Of a stretch of DNA of 44,380 bases, positions 29,204 to 38,906 are shown piece by piece. The stretch is from the IMG/VR virus record IMGVR_UViG_3300027419_000008, positions 1 to 44,380 of that record; one strand, 5' to 3'. The position numbers and the translations under genes were made by a program. The DNA is from a virus (Duplodnaviria > Caudoviricetes). Under the pieces are notes generated by a model that had not been told where the DNA came from, made no database searches, and worked only from the letters and a program-made list of their open reading frames with translations. Position 1 is the stretch's first letter; the number at the start of each line of letters is the position of its first letter.

Positions 29204-29640
29204 ATATTTCTCATATCAATAACTACTGGCTGATTTCTATTAGACCTTGTTTCCGATAATGTTATCAGGTCTGGATGAACTACCGAACAGTATTTTTGAG
29301 TAGTAGTTGCAGTTCCAGTTGCACCAGTAGAGACTATATAATCACCAACTAAATCAGCACCTGTCCACGAGGCCGCTATACCTCTACGCAGGATAAAACC
29401 CGTTTCCGCCGCTTCGATTAAATCGCCTAAATAATTTTTATAAACATTACCATATTCATTTATTTTATAGAAAAAGTAATCACCTATAACGTCAGGCGTT
29501 AATGTGCCAGATACCGTATAATATGGATAAAACTCCAATTTATCGGTCTCTGTTTTTATCGCAACAATCTCTGTCTGAATGATGTCTATTTTTGCATCAA
29601 CAGTTTGCAAGAGTGCAAGTATATCATCTTCTATTGCCAT
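29200..29640 (-). CDS. Coiled-coil plus beta-domain structural protein
   Basis: N-terminal heptads and a Gly/Thr-rich beta domain; lies in the tail module. Confidence 0.4.
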   Translation of the reverse strand: MAIEDDILALLQTVDAKIDIIQTEIVAIKTETDKLEFYPYYTVSGTLTPDVIGDYFFYKINEYGNVYKNYLGDLIEAAETGFILRRGIAASWTGADLVGDYIVSTGATGTATTTQKYCSVVHPDLITLSETRSNRNQPVVIDMRNI

Positions 29641-29642
29641 AT

Positions 29643-29897
29643 TTATCCTAAAGTTGTAAGTTTACCTGAATTAGAACTTTCCAAATCGCCTGTTATAATG
29701 GTTTTTTCATAACCGCTTCTACGCCTAACTTTTTTCATTGCCTCGTCTTCGACCACATCTGTTTGTACAGCAACTGGTACTGCCGGAGTTGGTTGAACTG
29801 CTGGCATTTTAGCACTACCACCGCCTTTAAATCTACGATTCATATATTTTGAATCAATTTGAAATTCATAACCATTATGATATATTTTCTGAATCAT
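29643..29897 (-). CDS. Small virion protein (T7 gp7.3-like low-complexity type)
   Basis: KGGG..P-rich...RRR.G...TI.TG.....K.TLG pattern. Confidence 0.5.
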   Translation of the reverse strand: MIQKIYHNGYEFQIDSKYMNRRFKGGGSAKMPAVQPTPAVPVAVQTDVVEDEAMKKVRRRSGYEKTIITGDLESSNSGKLTTLG

Positions 29898-30301
29898 ATT
29901 TGCCTCTGCATAATTACGCCGTGTTCTTTAAATCCATATCTTTTAGTACAAGTCATTTGAACAGAATCACGTTCAGTTTCAAATCTAACAAATTTCTTAT
30001 TTTTTAATTTACACCATTCAATAAAAGCGTTCATGCCATCAAGTGCAAAATCGCCATCTGCGGTAGAAAATGCTTCATCTATATAAACATAATCTCTATC
30101 GTCTACTAAATGCCCAATTAAGAAGCCACGAAATTTATTATCTTCGTATCCAACTAATACACAAATATCTTCCGGTCTAAACTCCATAGTGCGAATCATT
30201 TCTTGTGCAGCCAATTCTTTTGTGTATATACCATCTTCTGTAAAATAGTCTTTCAGTAAGTAGATAATATCAGGATTAGTTTCTTGTTTTACTTCTTTCA
30301 T
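29894..30301 (-). CDS. GNAT-fold protein
   Basis: GFLIG...VYIDEAF...F.EWCK......VRFET....KRYGFKE. Confidence 0.6.
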   Translation of the reverse strand: MKEVKQETNPDIIYLLKDYFTEDGIYTKELAAQEMIRTMEFRPEDICVLVGYEDNKFRGFLIGHLVDDRDYVYIDEAFSTADGDFALDGMNAFIEWCKLKNKKFVRFETERDSVQMTCTKRYGFKEHGVIMQRQI

Positions 30302-31011
30302 ACAACACCAGAACCAAATCTTGCATCATTCCAAGTTGAACTACCGGTTGAATTAGTTTCCTGTTTAGTTACAGTTCTTGCTCTTGACATAGCATCTTGT
30401 AAATCCTGTCGTAAATCTTCTTTAATTGAACGCGTTGATGTTCCGGCCAGAACAGGCAATAACGCCAATGCAAGTTTCAGAATCATAACTTCTTTGAATA
30501 ATTCGTCCCAAATAGTAGTTGTAGTGCATTGATAGACATATTGAATATTAACTTCGGTGTCATCAGTTAAAAACAATTTTCCCTCAACTGCATAATAGTC
30601 TATATCCGCTATATCAAATCTTAAACAATCGGAAGGCAAATCGTGTTGATAATCATAGCCAAAAGAAGGCCTGTCAGTTACAAGCGTCCATTTTACCGCC
30701 GCTAAATCTGTTGCGAAAGTTCCAGCAGTATGACCTGTTGCGCATTTATACAATAGTGAATTTGTCCATACATATTGACCGGCAACGTAAACAGTTGCAG
30801 TAACCCAAGTTCCTACTAACGCAAGTCTTTTAATTGCAAAATTCCATTGAGAAGAACGCAATAGAGCGTCTCTTATATGTTCATAATGCAAATTGACCTG
30901 AACATCTTCCGGCCTTGTATTGGCCGTACAACTTGCAAGAGTAATCTGCTTAGCTCCGATACGGCCTAATGCCATATTAGCAATATTAACTTCTAATTGT
31001 ACTAATGCCAT
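30298..31011 (-). CDS. Tail adaptor (tubular protein A, gp11-like) with inserted CBM5/12-like module
   Basis: V.IANMAL.RIGA..I, RDALLR...WNFA..R, P.FGY.Y...LP.DCLR. Insert W.....Y..G..V....LYKC...HT.G.F..D....W. Confidence 0.85.
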   Translation of the reverse strand: MALVQLEVNIANMALGRIGAKQITLASCTANTRPEDVQVNLHYEHIRDALLRSSQWNFAIKRLALVGTWVTATVYVAGQYVWTNSLLYKCATGHTAGTFATDLAAVKWTLVTDRPSFGYDYQHDLPSDCLRFDIADIDYYAVEGKLFLTDDTEVNIQYVYQCTTTTIWDELFKEVMILKLALALLPVLAGTSTRSIKEDLRQDLQDAMSRARTVTKQETNSTGSSTWNDARFGSGVV

Positions 31012-31027
31012 ATTAAACCTTTAAAAT

Positions 31028-31051
31028 AAGGGCGGCAATTAACCGCCCTAT
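31028..31051 (-). terminator. Hairpin/terminator
   Basis: AGGGCGG-TTAATTG-CCGCCCT followed by TATTTT on the - strand. Confidence 0.6.
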
Positions 31052-31055
31052 TAAA

Positions 31056-32024
31056 TTAAAACGCTCCACCAGCACCAGCCGTAACATTTCCAGTAGCATC
31101 AAGAGGAGTCCACCAAATATGGAATTTTATAGTTCCACTTGCGAGTGCATTTGTCGCAACAGTGTAACCAATATCCTTACCATTTGCCACAACAAACGTA
31201 ACTGCATTAAGCTGTGTTTGAGTTAAAATAGTTCTCGTTAGAGTAGCATCAACCCATAACTCGCCCGCAACCATAACACCAGAACCCAAAGTAGATGCGG
31301 CTATAATACTATTAGTTGTAGTTTCGTCTCCGAGTGCGATTGTGCCATTATCACCAACGGAAGCAACGGACACGGTGCATTCGGCAATAATTAACATTTT
31401 AACACAGCCAGTAACAACAGCTATTTCGTGAGCAGCAACAGTACTCCACACTCCAGTCGTGTCTAACGTGCCGGTACTTACAGCAAGATAATTAGCATTT
31501 GTATAACTCGGATTTGAAGTTGATATCGCACCAGAGGCGGCAATTTCAGCAACGGCAGTAGCGGCTAATTCGTCAGAAGTTATACAATCAGTAGCAAGTT
31601 CAGTTGTAGTAATCGCATTATTTGCAATTTCAGCAGTAGTTATACAATCTGCCGCAAGTTCTGCCGCACCAATCGCATCGGTTGCCATAGCACCAGCGTC
31701 TATTGCACTATCCGCAACTTCATCAGCACTAATACATCCAGTTGCTAATTCTGCCGTAGTAACTGCGTCAGCCGCAATCTTTGCCGCTGTAATGCCATCA
31801 TTGGCAATTACAACTCCGGCAGTGCCAGTATCGGCAAGAATAGCGTCAAGGTCTGTCTGTGCTAAAACCATATCCGCATATATACTATCTCCTGCATCTG
31901 TACCACCATCGCCAGTGTAAGAACCAAACAATTTTACAAGATTAGCCCTATCTATTGGAGTTGCAAAAATAATTGTAGCAAACGCCGCAATTATCAACGC
32001 AATCGTTATTAAAACTTTTTTCAT
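31056..32024 (-). CDS. Head fibre/decoration-like protein with about 8 decapeptide repeats and a signal peptide
   Basis: MKKVLITIALIIAAFATIIFA|, repeats ANDGITAAKI/AADAVTTAEL/ATGCISADEV..., C-terminal beta domain. Confidence 0.7.
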   Translation of the reverse strand: MKKVLITIALIIAAFATIIFATPIDRANLVKLFGSYTGDGGTDAGDSIYADMVLAQTDLDAILADTGTAGVVIANDGITAAKIAADAVTTAELATGCISADEVADSAIDAGAMATDAIGAAELAADCITTAEIANNAITTTELATDCITSDELAATAVAEIAASGAISTSNPSYTNANYLAVSTGTLDTTGVWSTVAAHEIAVVTGCVKMLIIAECTVSVASVGDNGTIALGDETTTNSIIAASTLGSGVMVAGELWVDATLTRTILTQTQLNAVTFVVANGKDIGYTVATNALASGTIKFHIWWTPLDATGNVTAGAGGAF

Positions 32025-32043
32025 ATATTTATCCTTTCAAGAT

Positions 32044-32068
32044 AGGGGCAGTGTTTTAATCTGCCCCT
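32044..32068 (-). terminator. Hairpin between the cement and fibre genes
   Basis: AGGGGCAG...CTGCCCCT inverted repeat; weak U-tract. Confidence 0.45.
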
Positions 32069-32081
32069 GATTAAAACTAAA

Positions 32082-32870
32082 TTACTCTGGTAAATTCAAA
32101 TCTACCAATGCGGTTTCACCACCAGTTGCTACATAACGGACAGTGCCCCAAACCGCATTTGCACCAGTAGTTCCAACAACCCCGCCAGCGCCAGCAGTTC
32201 CGGCAGTACCGGCCTTACCTATTGGTTCACCAACAACAACGGTATCGCCAGCATCGACCATCAACGGACAAGTACCTTTGTATTGTGCCCAATAGTAATA
32301 ACTTGCAGTAACGGTAGCAAGGGGAACGCCAACAACAGGAGCGTCTTGTGTAGTTGGATTAACTTTGGTATCTCTACATTTATTCTTAACGAGTGTTATT
32401 TCATCAGTTGCAGGAATAGTTGTTCTTATGCCATTCTCGTCAGCGATTTCAATCATCATAACAGTATCACTGGTAATCCAGTAATTATCTTTTATGATAT
32501 ACATATCGCCAATACAAGTACCTTTATTGACAAGCATATATCCGTCAATAAGTTCGTGGTCTGTGTAACCATTACCGGTTTCGCAAAGAACATCGAACTT
32601 TACTTCACCGGCAGTTACGCCATAAGCAGTCTGAACACTTTCATCGGCTTGTGCGTCAAGTGGTTCAGAACAAGCCATAAGTGCTTTCGTTAAACCGCTA
32701 CCGTTATCTTTACAATAACGGAATTTTCTTCCATCATTCATTTCAAGAATAGCGCCAAGCATAAACTTCTGTGTTGCCGTTGGTGTAAAAATGTTATAAG
32801 CCGATTTAAGTTGAGACGGCTCTACTATTTTATTTCTTCTAAACGAATTGTTATAATTTGAATAACTCAT
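32082..32870 (-). CDS. Capsid cement/decoration protein
   Basis: LG.....DGRKFRYC, YYWAQ..G.C; follows the capsid gene. Confidence 0.65.
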   Translation of the reverse strand: MSYSNYNNSFRRNKIVEPSQLKSAYNIFTPTATQKFMLGAILEMNDGRKFRYCKDNGSGLTKALMACSEPLDAQADESVQTAYGVTAGEVKFDVLCETGNGYTDHELIDGYMLVNKGTCIGDMYIIKDNYWITSDTVMMIEIADENGIRTTIPATDEITLVKNKCRDTKVNPTTQDAPVVGVPLATVTASYYYWAQYKGTCPLMVDAGDTVVVGEPIGKAGTAGTAGAGGVVGTTGANAVWGTVRYVATGGETALVDLNLPE

Positions 32871-32910
32871 ATTTACCTTTCAATTAACTTGTCCGATTGG
32901 ACGTTTTAAA

Positions 32911-33876
32911 TTATTGACATTCAACACAACAAACTAAATCTTCGTCAAATCTCATTGCGCCTGCGTTCATATGAACATAGACCTGTTGAGCATAAGATAA
33001 ATCGTCTCTTGTTGAAATTTGAACCGATACACTATCTTGTACGCCGAGAATAATAGCCCCCTGCGCCCAAGCCCAACATTTAAAGACTGCTGTATCGGCA
33101 TCTACGTCATTAGCAGTTCCTTTGATAACTTTATTGCTGACAATCCAGTTAATTCCGTGCCAGTTTGGAACTATACGACCTGTTGCAAGAGGAGCTGCGC
33201 CACCACTATAATCCTTATTTGTGTACTCTGCCTGACCGAATAAGTTTGTTGCCTGTCTTGGATTAATCATACACCAAATGGGCATATCTTCGTCAACTTC
33301 GTTCTTTGCAAAGTATTCTCTGATAAGTTCTGCCTTTTCTATTGTCATTGCAGTATCCGAAGCCGAGCAGTTGCCTTCTGAACAGTCGTGAGGTATGGTA
33401 CGACCACCACTTGTAGAAGTGTATTTAGTTGTGCCACTTTGAGAAGCCCAAGTAATAGTAGTGCTCGAAATCCTTCGGCCTGAATAAACCGCAGCGTCCA
33501 TAGCGGCAATAAAAATATCATCATATTTGCGATTAACCGCATTTCTGAACGCAATTTGAATATCAGATGTTGGATTGAGCATCATCGACAAGTCATCATC
33601 TTTGTCGTACAACCAAGCATTATGATACGGAGTCGTACTTACCCATCTACGACCAGTTGTTACATCGGTTGTAGGAGTTTGAGGATTGCGACCTGTTTTT
33701 TCAACAAGCGATAAAGCACCCATATAATCAAATGCCTTATCTTCTGCGCCAAGTACAGATTCTTCTCTTGCCGCCTGTCTAAATTTAGACTGTTTCTGCT
33801 GTTGAACGTGATATAAAGTATTAGAGAACTGGTCAATAAACCATTCCGGAATACCAGATGTTAAATTAATACTCAT
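32911..33876 (-). CDS. Major capsid protein (BPP-1 Bbp17-like)
   Basis: F..QF......QQ..S..R, RRW, A.NR..DD, W.G..WI.SN, R.D.SYA.QVY.....GA.R..E. Confidence 0.88.
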   Translation of the reverse strand: MSINLTSGIPEWFIDQFSNTLYHVQQQKQSKFRQAAREESVLGAEDKAFDYMGALSLVEKTGRNPQTPTTDVTTGRRWVSTTPYHNAWLYDKDDDLSMMLNPTSDIQIAFRNAVNRKYDDIFIAAMDAAVYSGRRISSTTITWASQSGTTKYTSTSGGRTIPHDCSEGNCSASDTAMTIEKAELIREYFAKNEVDEDMPIWCMINPRQATNLFGQAEYTNKDYSGGAAPLATGRIVPNWHGINWIVSNKVIKGTANDVDADTAVFKCWAWAQGAIILGVQDSVSVQISTRDDLSYAQQVYVHMNAGAMRFDEDLVCCVECQ

Positions 33877-34043
33877 AAAAGTTTCCTTTCTAAAATTGTA
33901 AATAGTTTTTCTACGATTTCGGAAAGATTATCCTTTTATGGGTCTTCCTGCTTAACGTTATCTTAACGAGTAGTTTACTACTATTTTCGGATTCCCTTTT
34001 AGGAGTTATCCACTATATTATTCAGCCAAAAAGGTCTTTCGAC

Positions 34044-34937
34044 TTATTTTCTGGCGTGTTTTTGCTGATATAATTTTGTAATCTGTTCAAGAGTCGATTT
34101 ATGATTTATATGTTTAGCGTCTAAATATTCCTTAGAGGCCATCAACTCATTTATTTTCGTCTGTATTTCATCATTTGATTGTGCCGGCATCTGATTCAAT
34201 TTAACGTTGCTATGTTCAGAGAATGATTCACCAAGCGTTGCCGCAAATTTGAAAAAGTCAGGGTCATCCCCAAGTTTTAAACCATTACTTAAAGTTTTAT
34301 TAACAAACGCATCTACAGCCTCTTTATTTTCTCCGAGAGCCATACTTATTGCCGTATTTGCCAGATGCTTAGCTCGGTCATATTTTGCACCATATTCGAC
34401 TTTCATAGCATCAACGCCTTCTTTTGCAAGACGTTCACCGTTTTGTTTAAATATTTCCATCATTGATTTAACTCTGCCATTTTCAATCTTCGCAATAGTA
34501 TCAATTACTTTTTGACTTGCACCTGCTTTATGCAATTCAACCAGAGAAGATTGAATTAAATTGTTGTCCCATACTTCTTCTGCAATATCAGGGTCTTTGG
34601 CGAATTTGTATTCTTCTGGTTTTTCAGGTCGTCCGGCTGCTTTATAAAATTCATTTCTGATATTGTCAGGTGCTTTATCATCTGGAACTTCCACAAGTCT
34701 TTTCTTATCGAGTCCTATCATTCTCTGTTGGTTTACTACCGTTCTACAAAGACCGTCAAAATCTTTAAACTGCATAAGAGTTTTGTCGTTCTTCAATTCT
34801 GGAGATAACTTTTCTCGCCAATTCTCGCTAAATTTGCCATCATCTCCTATAATAGAAACTGCTTTTGTTTCCGGGGCAGGAGTTGTCGGTTGAACCGGTT
34901 CGCCGGCAGCAACGACTTCTGTTTGTCCATCACTCAT
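34044..34937 (-). CDS. Scaffolding protein
   Basis: W...L..EL...L..F, ..GRPE.PEEY, E.G..YD, LGD.P, Y....H..H; upstream of the capsid gene. Confidence 0.8.
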   Translation of the reverse strand: MSDGQTEVVAAGEPVQPTTPAPETKAVSIIGDDGKFSENWREKLSPELKNDKTLMQFKDFDGLCRTVVNQQRMIGLDKKRLVEVPDDKAPDNIRNEFYKAAGRPEKPEEYKFAKDPDIAEEVWDNNLIQSSLVELHKAGASQKVIDTIAKIENGRVKSMMEIFKQNGERLAKEGVDAMKVEYGAKYDRAKHLANTAISMALGENKEAVDAFVNKTLSNGLKLGDDPDFFKFAATLGESFSEHSNVKLNQMPAQSNDEIQTKINELMASKEYLDAKHINHKSTLEQITKLYQQKHARK

Positions 34938-35181
34938 TTTGTAACCTTTCTTTTAAATCAATATTTACCATTCTGTCAATATACAGAACTAACGTCCTTT
35001 GCGCTTCATCGTATAGAATTTGATTAACATTCATATTTGTTTTATCAAGTATTGAACTTCTACTGATTGTAGTTTTCTTTTTTAAATCTTCCAAAACAGT
35101 CAAACCATCGTCAGTGCCAAATAATCGCTTATAAGTACATACTAACCGTTCAAACTCAACATCTCTATTATCTTCAACCAT
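34930..35181 (-). CDS. Bbp19-like small head protein
   Basis: YKRLFGTDDG..VLEDL...E.QR..VL.I. Confidence 0.7.
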   Translation of the reverse strand: MVEDNRDVEFERLVCTYKRLFGTDDGLTVLEDLKKKTTISRSSILDKTNMNVNQILYDEAQRTLVLYIDRMVNIDLKERLQNE

Positions 35182-36847
35182 TTATAGTCTCCATCATCAT
35201 AGCGGCAGGACTTCCATCTTCTGGAGCATCTTTAGCGTCCTTGTATCCTTTAGTAGCGGTTTTAAGAATTTCATTCTGCTGCATCGCCTGCTGTTGTTGA
35301 TTCCTTACTTCTCGTTTTGCTATAATTTCTTCTTCTGTGGCAATAACATCTTCATTAACACCATAAGCCCTTGCAAGATTCTTATTACCTTTGTCCATAT
35401 TGACAATATCAAGTGCGCCAATATCAAACTGTGATGTTTGTGCAACAAACGACAACCATTCTTTATACGCCTGCGATTGCTGACTTCTTAATGCTAATGC
35501 TAAAGCACCAACATATTTTATATTAAAATTCTTCCCTCGTAACTCTTGTGGAGGTAATGGCAAGAACCCGTTTCTTATTAAAATATTTACACATCTCGGT
35601 ATTAACGTATTAAATAATTCGCCGTAAAGTCGAGCAACCGGCAGAGCAAGACGCTTCAATCCAGCCTTGACCCTTTCGGCTATTTCAAGTGTTGTTCTTC
35701 TATCACCCTTTAAATCTATCATCTGATTTAAAATATTAGAATAAAAAGAATCTTTCACTATTTGCTGTTCAAATTCAAGTATCTCTTTCGTAATTGGAAA
35801 ATTGCCTCCGGCGTTATACATCTCTCGTGTAGATGGAATTTGCTGAACATAGTTAGACGCGCCGGGATGCGTTCTTAACCTTCCTTCAAATGTATCTAAA
35901 ATTTCTCTCGGAGGGTTATTGGCCAAATTGCCAGAATCAACTACCGCTTCGTGCATCCGCTGAAGCATTTTTACAACTGGAAGTATTTCAGTTCCCTGTC
36001 CTCGTCCCCATATTTCAGACGAAGATTTCATCCATCTCGGAACGTGGAATGGAAATTCCTGAAAACCACCTTCGTCAATAAGATGTTTATCTGCTATTGC
36101 AATATATATAGATTCAAAAGGCATATTAGATTTATCTCTGCCATTAACGTTTCTATTATATCTCGGTTTTACAATATGCAAAAATTCAAAAAAATCGTTT
36201 TGTTTTTTAGGATTATTAAATGCTTTAAGGATTCTTTCGCCAACTTTATCTTCGCCAAATTCCGAAACAGCTTGTATAGCAGTGTACGAAAATTTAACAA
36301 ACATCGTATCTACAAGACCCTTACTGTTCTCAAATATTATATAAGAACCTATTGGATAGTCACAGAAATTTAATGCAGTATCAACGCCTGAATTGGTTCC
36401 CTTTTTATTAAGCATACCAAATTCAGAATACATATTTCCAGTCCCGAATACAATCAAAGAACGTGTGCACTCGTTGAACTGAAGCATAAAATTAGACCGG
36501 AATATTTCATTGTGAGTTTTTTGTGTTATAAGAGAAAGATAACGTTTGATGTTTTCTATATTATTTAAACTTTCGTCAAACAACTCTATTTCAAAGAAAC
36601 GTTCGCCGGCAGGGATAATAATATTAGATAAATCAGAAGCCATATTCTGTGATTCCATCTTTGCCGTAACGTCATATATTTCGTCAGTTTTGCGTTCTCC
36701 TGCAGTCCTTAATGTTGTAATCTGATTTTCCATAGGATAAATCAAATCAGAAGTCTCCTGCCAGAGGCTTCTGAAATTCGTATTTTCAGCCCTGTTGTAT
36801 TCGTGTTCGTATATGCTGATATATTCCTGTGCGGTTTTATCGGCCAT
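35174..36847 (-). CDS. Portal / head-tail connector (T7 gp8 / Bbp21 type)
   Basis: W.E..D.I.P, L..FGTG, GGFQEFP..VPRW....E.WGRG, T.LEI.ER, Y...LA..Q. Confidence 0.92.
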   Translation of the reverse strand: MADKTAQEYISIYEHEYNRAENTNFRSLWQETSDLIYPMENQITTLRTAGERKTDEIYDVTAKMESQNMASDLSNIIIPAGERFFEIELFDESLNNIENIKRYLSLITQKTHNEIFRSNFMLQFNECTRSLIVFGTGNMYSEFGMLNKKGTNSGVDTALNFCDYPIGSYIIFENSKGLVDTMFVKFSYTAIQAVSEFGEDKVGERILKAFNNPKKQNDFFEFLHIVKPRYNRNVNGRDKSNMPFESIYIAIADKHLIDEGGFQEFPFHVPRWMKSSSEIWGRGQGTEILPVVKMLQRMHEAVVDSGNLANNPPREILDTFEGRLRTHPGASNYVQQIPSTREMYNAGGNFPITKEILEFEQQIVKDSFYSNILNQMIDLKGDRRTTLEIAERVKAGLKRLALPVARLYGELFNTLIPRCVNILIRNGFLPLPPQELRGKNFNIKYVGALALALRSQQSQAYKEWLSFVAQTSQFDIGALDIVNMDKGNKNLARAYGVNEDVIATEEEIIAKREVRNQQQQAMQQNEILKTATKGYKDAKDAPEDGSPAAMMMETING

Positions 36848-38496
36848 TACAGTCTCTTATAATTAAAATCAGATGTATCATTTCTGTTTTTTCTGATACT
36901 TTCACTTGTTACGGGCAATTTATTACCATTAGCGGCAAGATAAAAATAATTCATCGCATTTCTATAATGCTCCTGCTGGTCTCCAGTTGGTCTGTATCTG
37001 AAAACAATAGTGCCGGAACGTTTGTCTTTGTCTTCAAACTTTGCACAATTACAACACTGTCTTGCAAATTCTTCTATCTCAGGACATTGTCTGGGGAGTT
37101 TTATTCGCATCTCTGAAAACATCTTATGTGTGACATCGAACATTTCAGTTCTATTGGCTTTAACAATTCCAGTATCCTCATTAAATATAGAGTCCTGAAG
37201 CATTGTGTCGGAATATTCGCAAAGATACGTCCTGTGCCCTGAATTTTTCTGATAAGTTCTTGCCTCGTCTTCGTAAGGCCTAATATCTACAACATCACTT
37301 TTTACATTAAACTTCTTAGCTAAATCATAAATATCTTTGAATGTTTCAACCTTGCCAACGTAAAGAAGTTCAAACCTGTCTTTTGCAGTTTTTATACCTA
37401 TTACAACGTGCTTAATCTTGCCGACGTCAACGCCCATTGCCGCCTGACCACCTGAATAAGCAGTTGACATCATTTCATTATTGCAGCACTGCAACACAAC
37501 TGAACGACTTAATTTATCACTCTTATTAGAATACGGTCGTGATAGCCGCAATCTGTAAACATCGGCAAGATTGCCATTAGGAGGGTTAGTATAATCCATT
37601 AATATTTCAGCAGGGTCATTATATATCGTACTTAACTGACTCAATAAGTAGCCACGCATATAATCGGTCTTATCTGAAAATTCAGCAACCCATTCAGAAC
37701 TTCCTTCGCCAGCCCAAATTGGCAACTCTTTGCCACATTTATCACATCCTATATAACCAGTTCCGTCAGGTCTAATCTTTACACAGGCGGGAAAACTCTT
37801 TTCTGCACAAGTCCAATGCCCGCACCCGCATTTTCTAAACCAATATCTCTGGTCGCTTTTCTTAAAAATTAAGTCAATACCGTAATCTTCGTGCGACGGA
37901 TTGCCAAGATATACCTCTTGTTTAATTTTACTATGCGCCATTCTGCCTAAAAATTTCTCTATTACAGCAGAATCCATAAAATCAACTTCGTCAAATACTA
38001 TCCTGTCAACACTAAAAGCAGAAGTTTTAGAAGATGTATTTTCGTCACTATCGCCAACTTTACCACTTAGCCTTGCACCCCTAAGATAAAAAAACGCATT
38101 AGCAACCTTTTTCAAATCAGCAGAATCAGTATCTCTTACAAATTTACCTATCGAAGATGGATTATTTGCAATCAAAGTCTTTAATCTTGTTTTCCCGTAA
38201 GAAGTAACTTCGTCAGCGGTAGGGAATACATGCGCCACACCTAACGGAGTTATCCCTTTTATCATTCCCCATAAATCAGTCAATGTCTCTATTTCAGTAG
38301 CTCCAAACGTCTGCGCAGACTTCATATAACATTTACGTCGTGCATTGCAAGACATTGGTTCTATCTGATATTCGTGATTTTTAAACGAAAATTCCCCAGT
38401 CTGAATCTTAACCTTATTCAGCACTGTCCAGTATCCGGCGTTCACAAACGCCAAATCTTCAGGAGTTATTTCCGATTCACTCATTATTTCCCGCAA
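36847..38496 (-). CDS. terL: Terminase large subunit, lambda GpA-like
   Basis: YQ.EPM, MKSAQ..G.TE Walker-A-like, VFDEVD Walker B, SDQR.W...C.CGH zinc ribbon, MGVDVG RNase-H nuclease motif. Confidence 0.88.
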   Translation of the reverse strand: MREIMSESEITPEDLAFVNAGYWTVLNKVKIQTGEFSFKNHEYQIEPMSCNARRKCYMKSAQTFGATEIETLTDLWGMIKGITPLGVAHVFPTADEVTSYGKTRLKTLIANNPSSIGKFVRDTDSADLKKVANAFFYLRGARLSGKVGDSDENTSSKTSAFSVDRIVFDEVDFMDSAVIEKFLGRMAHSKIKQEVYLGNPSHEDYGIDLIFKKSDQRYWFRKCGCGHWTCAEKSFPACVKIRPDGTGYIGCDKCGKELPIWAGEGSSEWVAEFSDKTDYMRGYLLSQLSTIYNDPAEILMDYTNPPNGNLADVYRLRLSRPYSNKSDKLSRSVVLQCCNNEMMSTAYSGGQAAMGVDVGKIKHVVIGIKTAKDRFELLYVGKVETFKDIYDLAKKFNVKSDVVDIRPYEDEARTYQKNSGHRTYLCEYSDTMLQDSIFNEDTGIVKANRTEMFDVTHKMFSEMRIKLPRQCPEIEEFARQCCNCAKFEDKDKRSGTIVFRYRPTGDQQEHYRNAMNYFYLAANGNKLPVTSESIRKNRNDTSDFNYKRL

Positions 38497-38906
38497 TAAA
38501 TGTAAATATACGTAACGCCAAGTCCATCGCCCGCCGCTATCGTAACCGTATTCAGGCCGGCAACATTAACGCCACCATAAACATTAGAATTAATATCGGT
38601 CGAATATACACAATAATCAAATACCGCTGAACTCAATAGATTAGTGAATGTCGCATACGCCGCGCCAGATACGTCTGTAAACGTTATATCTGCGTCAGAA
38701 TCGTTAGAAGTGCCCCTTACCACTATCCTGTACACCATACCACTAAAATTGAACGTGAAGGCGTCAGAAGTAACCGTAGGCGCAATAGCATAAGTTATCT
38801 TGTAAACAGGATAAGAACCCTTCTCTATCCATTCACCCGTGCCAGTAGTAGCACCAAAACATACCATACTAATTGACAAAATCATTAAACATATAAACTT
38901 TTTCAT
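38484..38906 (-). CDS. Signal-peptide-bearing beta-rich protein (decoration-like)
   Basis: MKKFICLMILSISMVCFG|ATT, followed by an all-beta mature region. Confidence 0.6.
   Translation of the reverse strand: MKKFICLMILSISMVCFGATTGTGEWIEKGSYPVYKITYAIAPTVTSDAFTFNFSGMVYRIVVRGTSNDSDADITFTDVSGAAYATFTNLLSSAVFDYCVYSTDINSNVYGGVNVAGLNTVTIAAGDGLGVTYIYIYCGK

Noticed and set aside
19184-38089. Numerous + strand ORFs in the structural module
   Set aside because: They are antisense to motif-bearing - strand genes and lack recognisable motifs.
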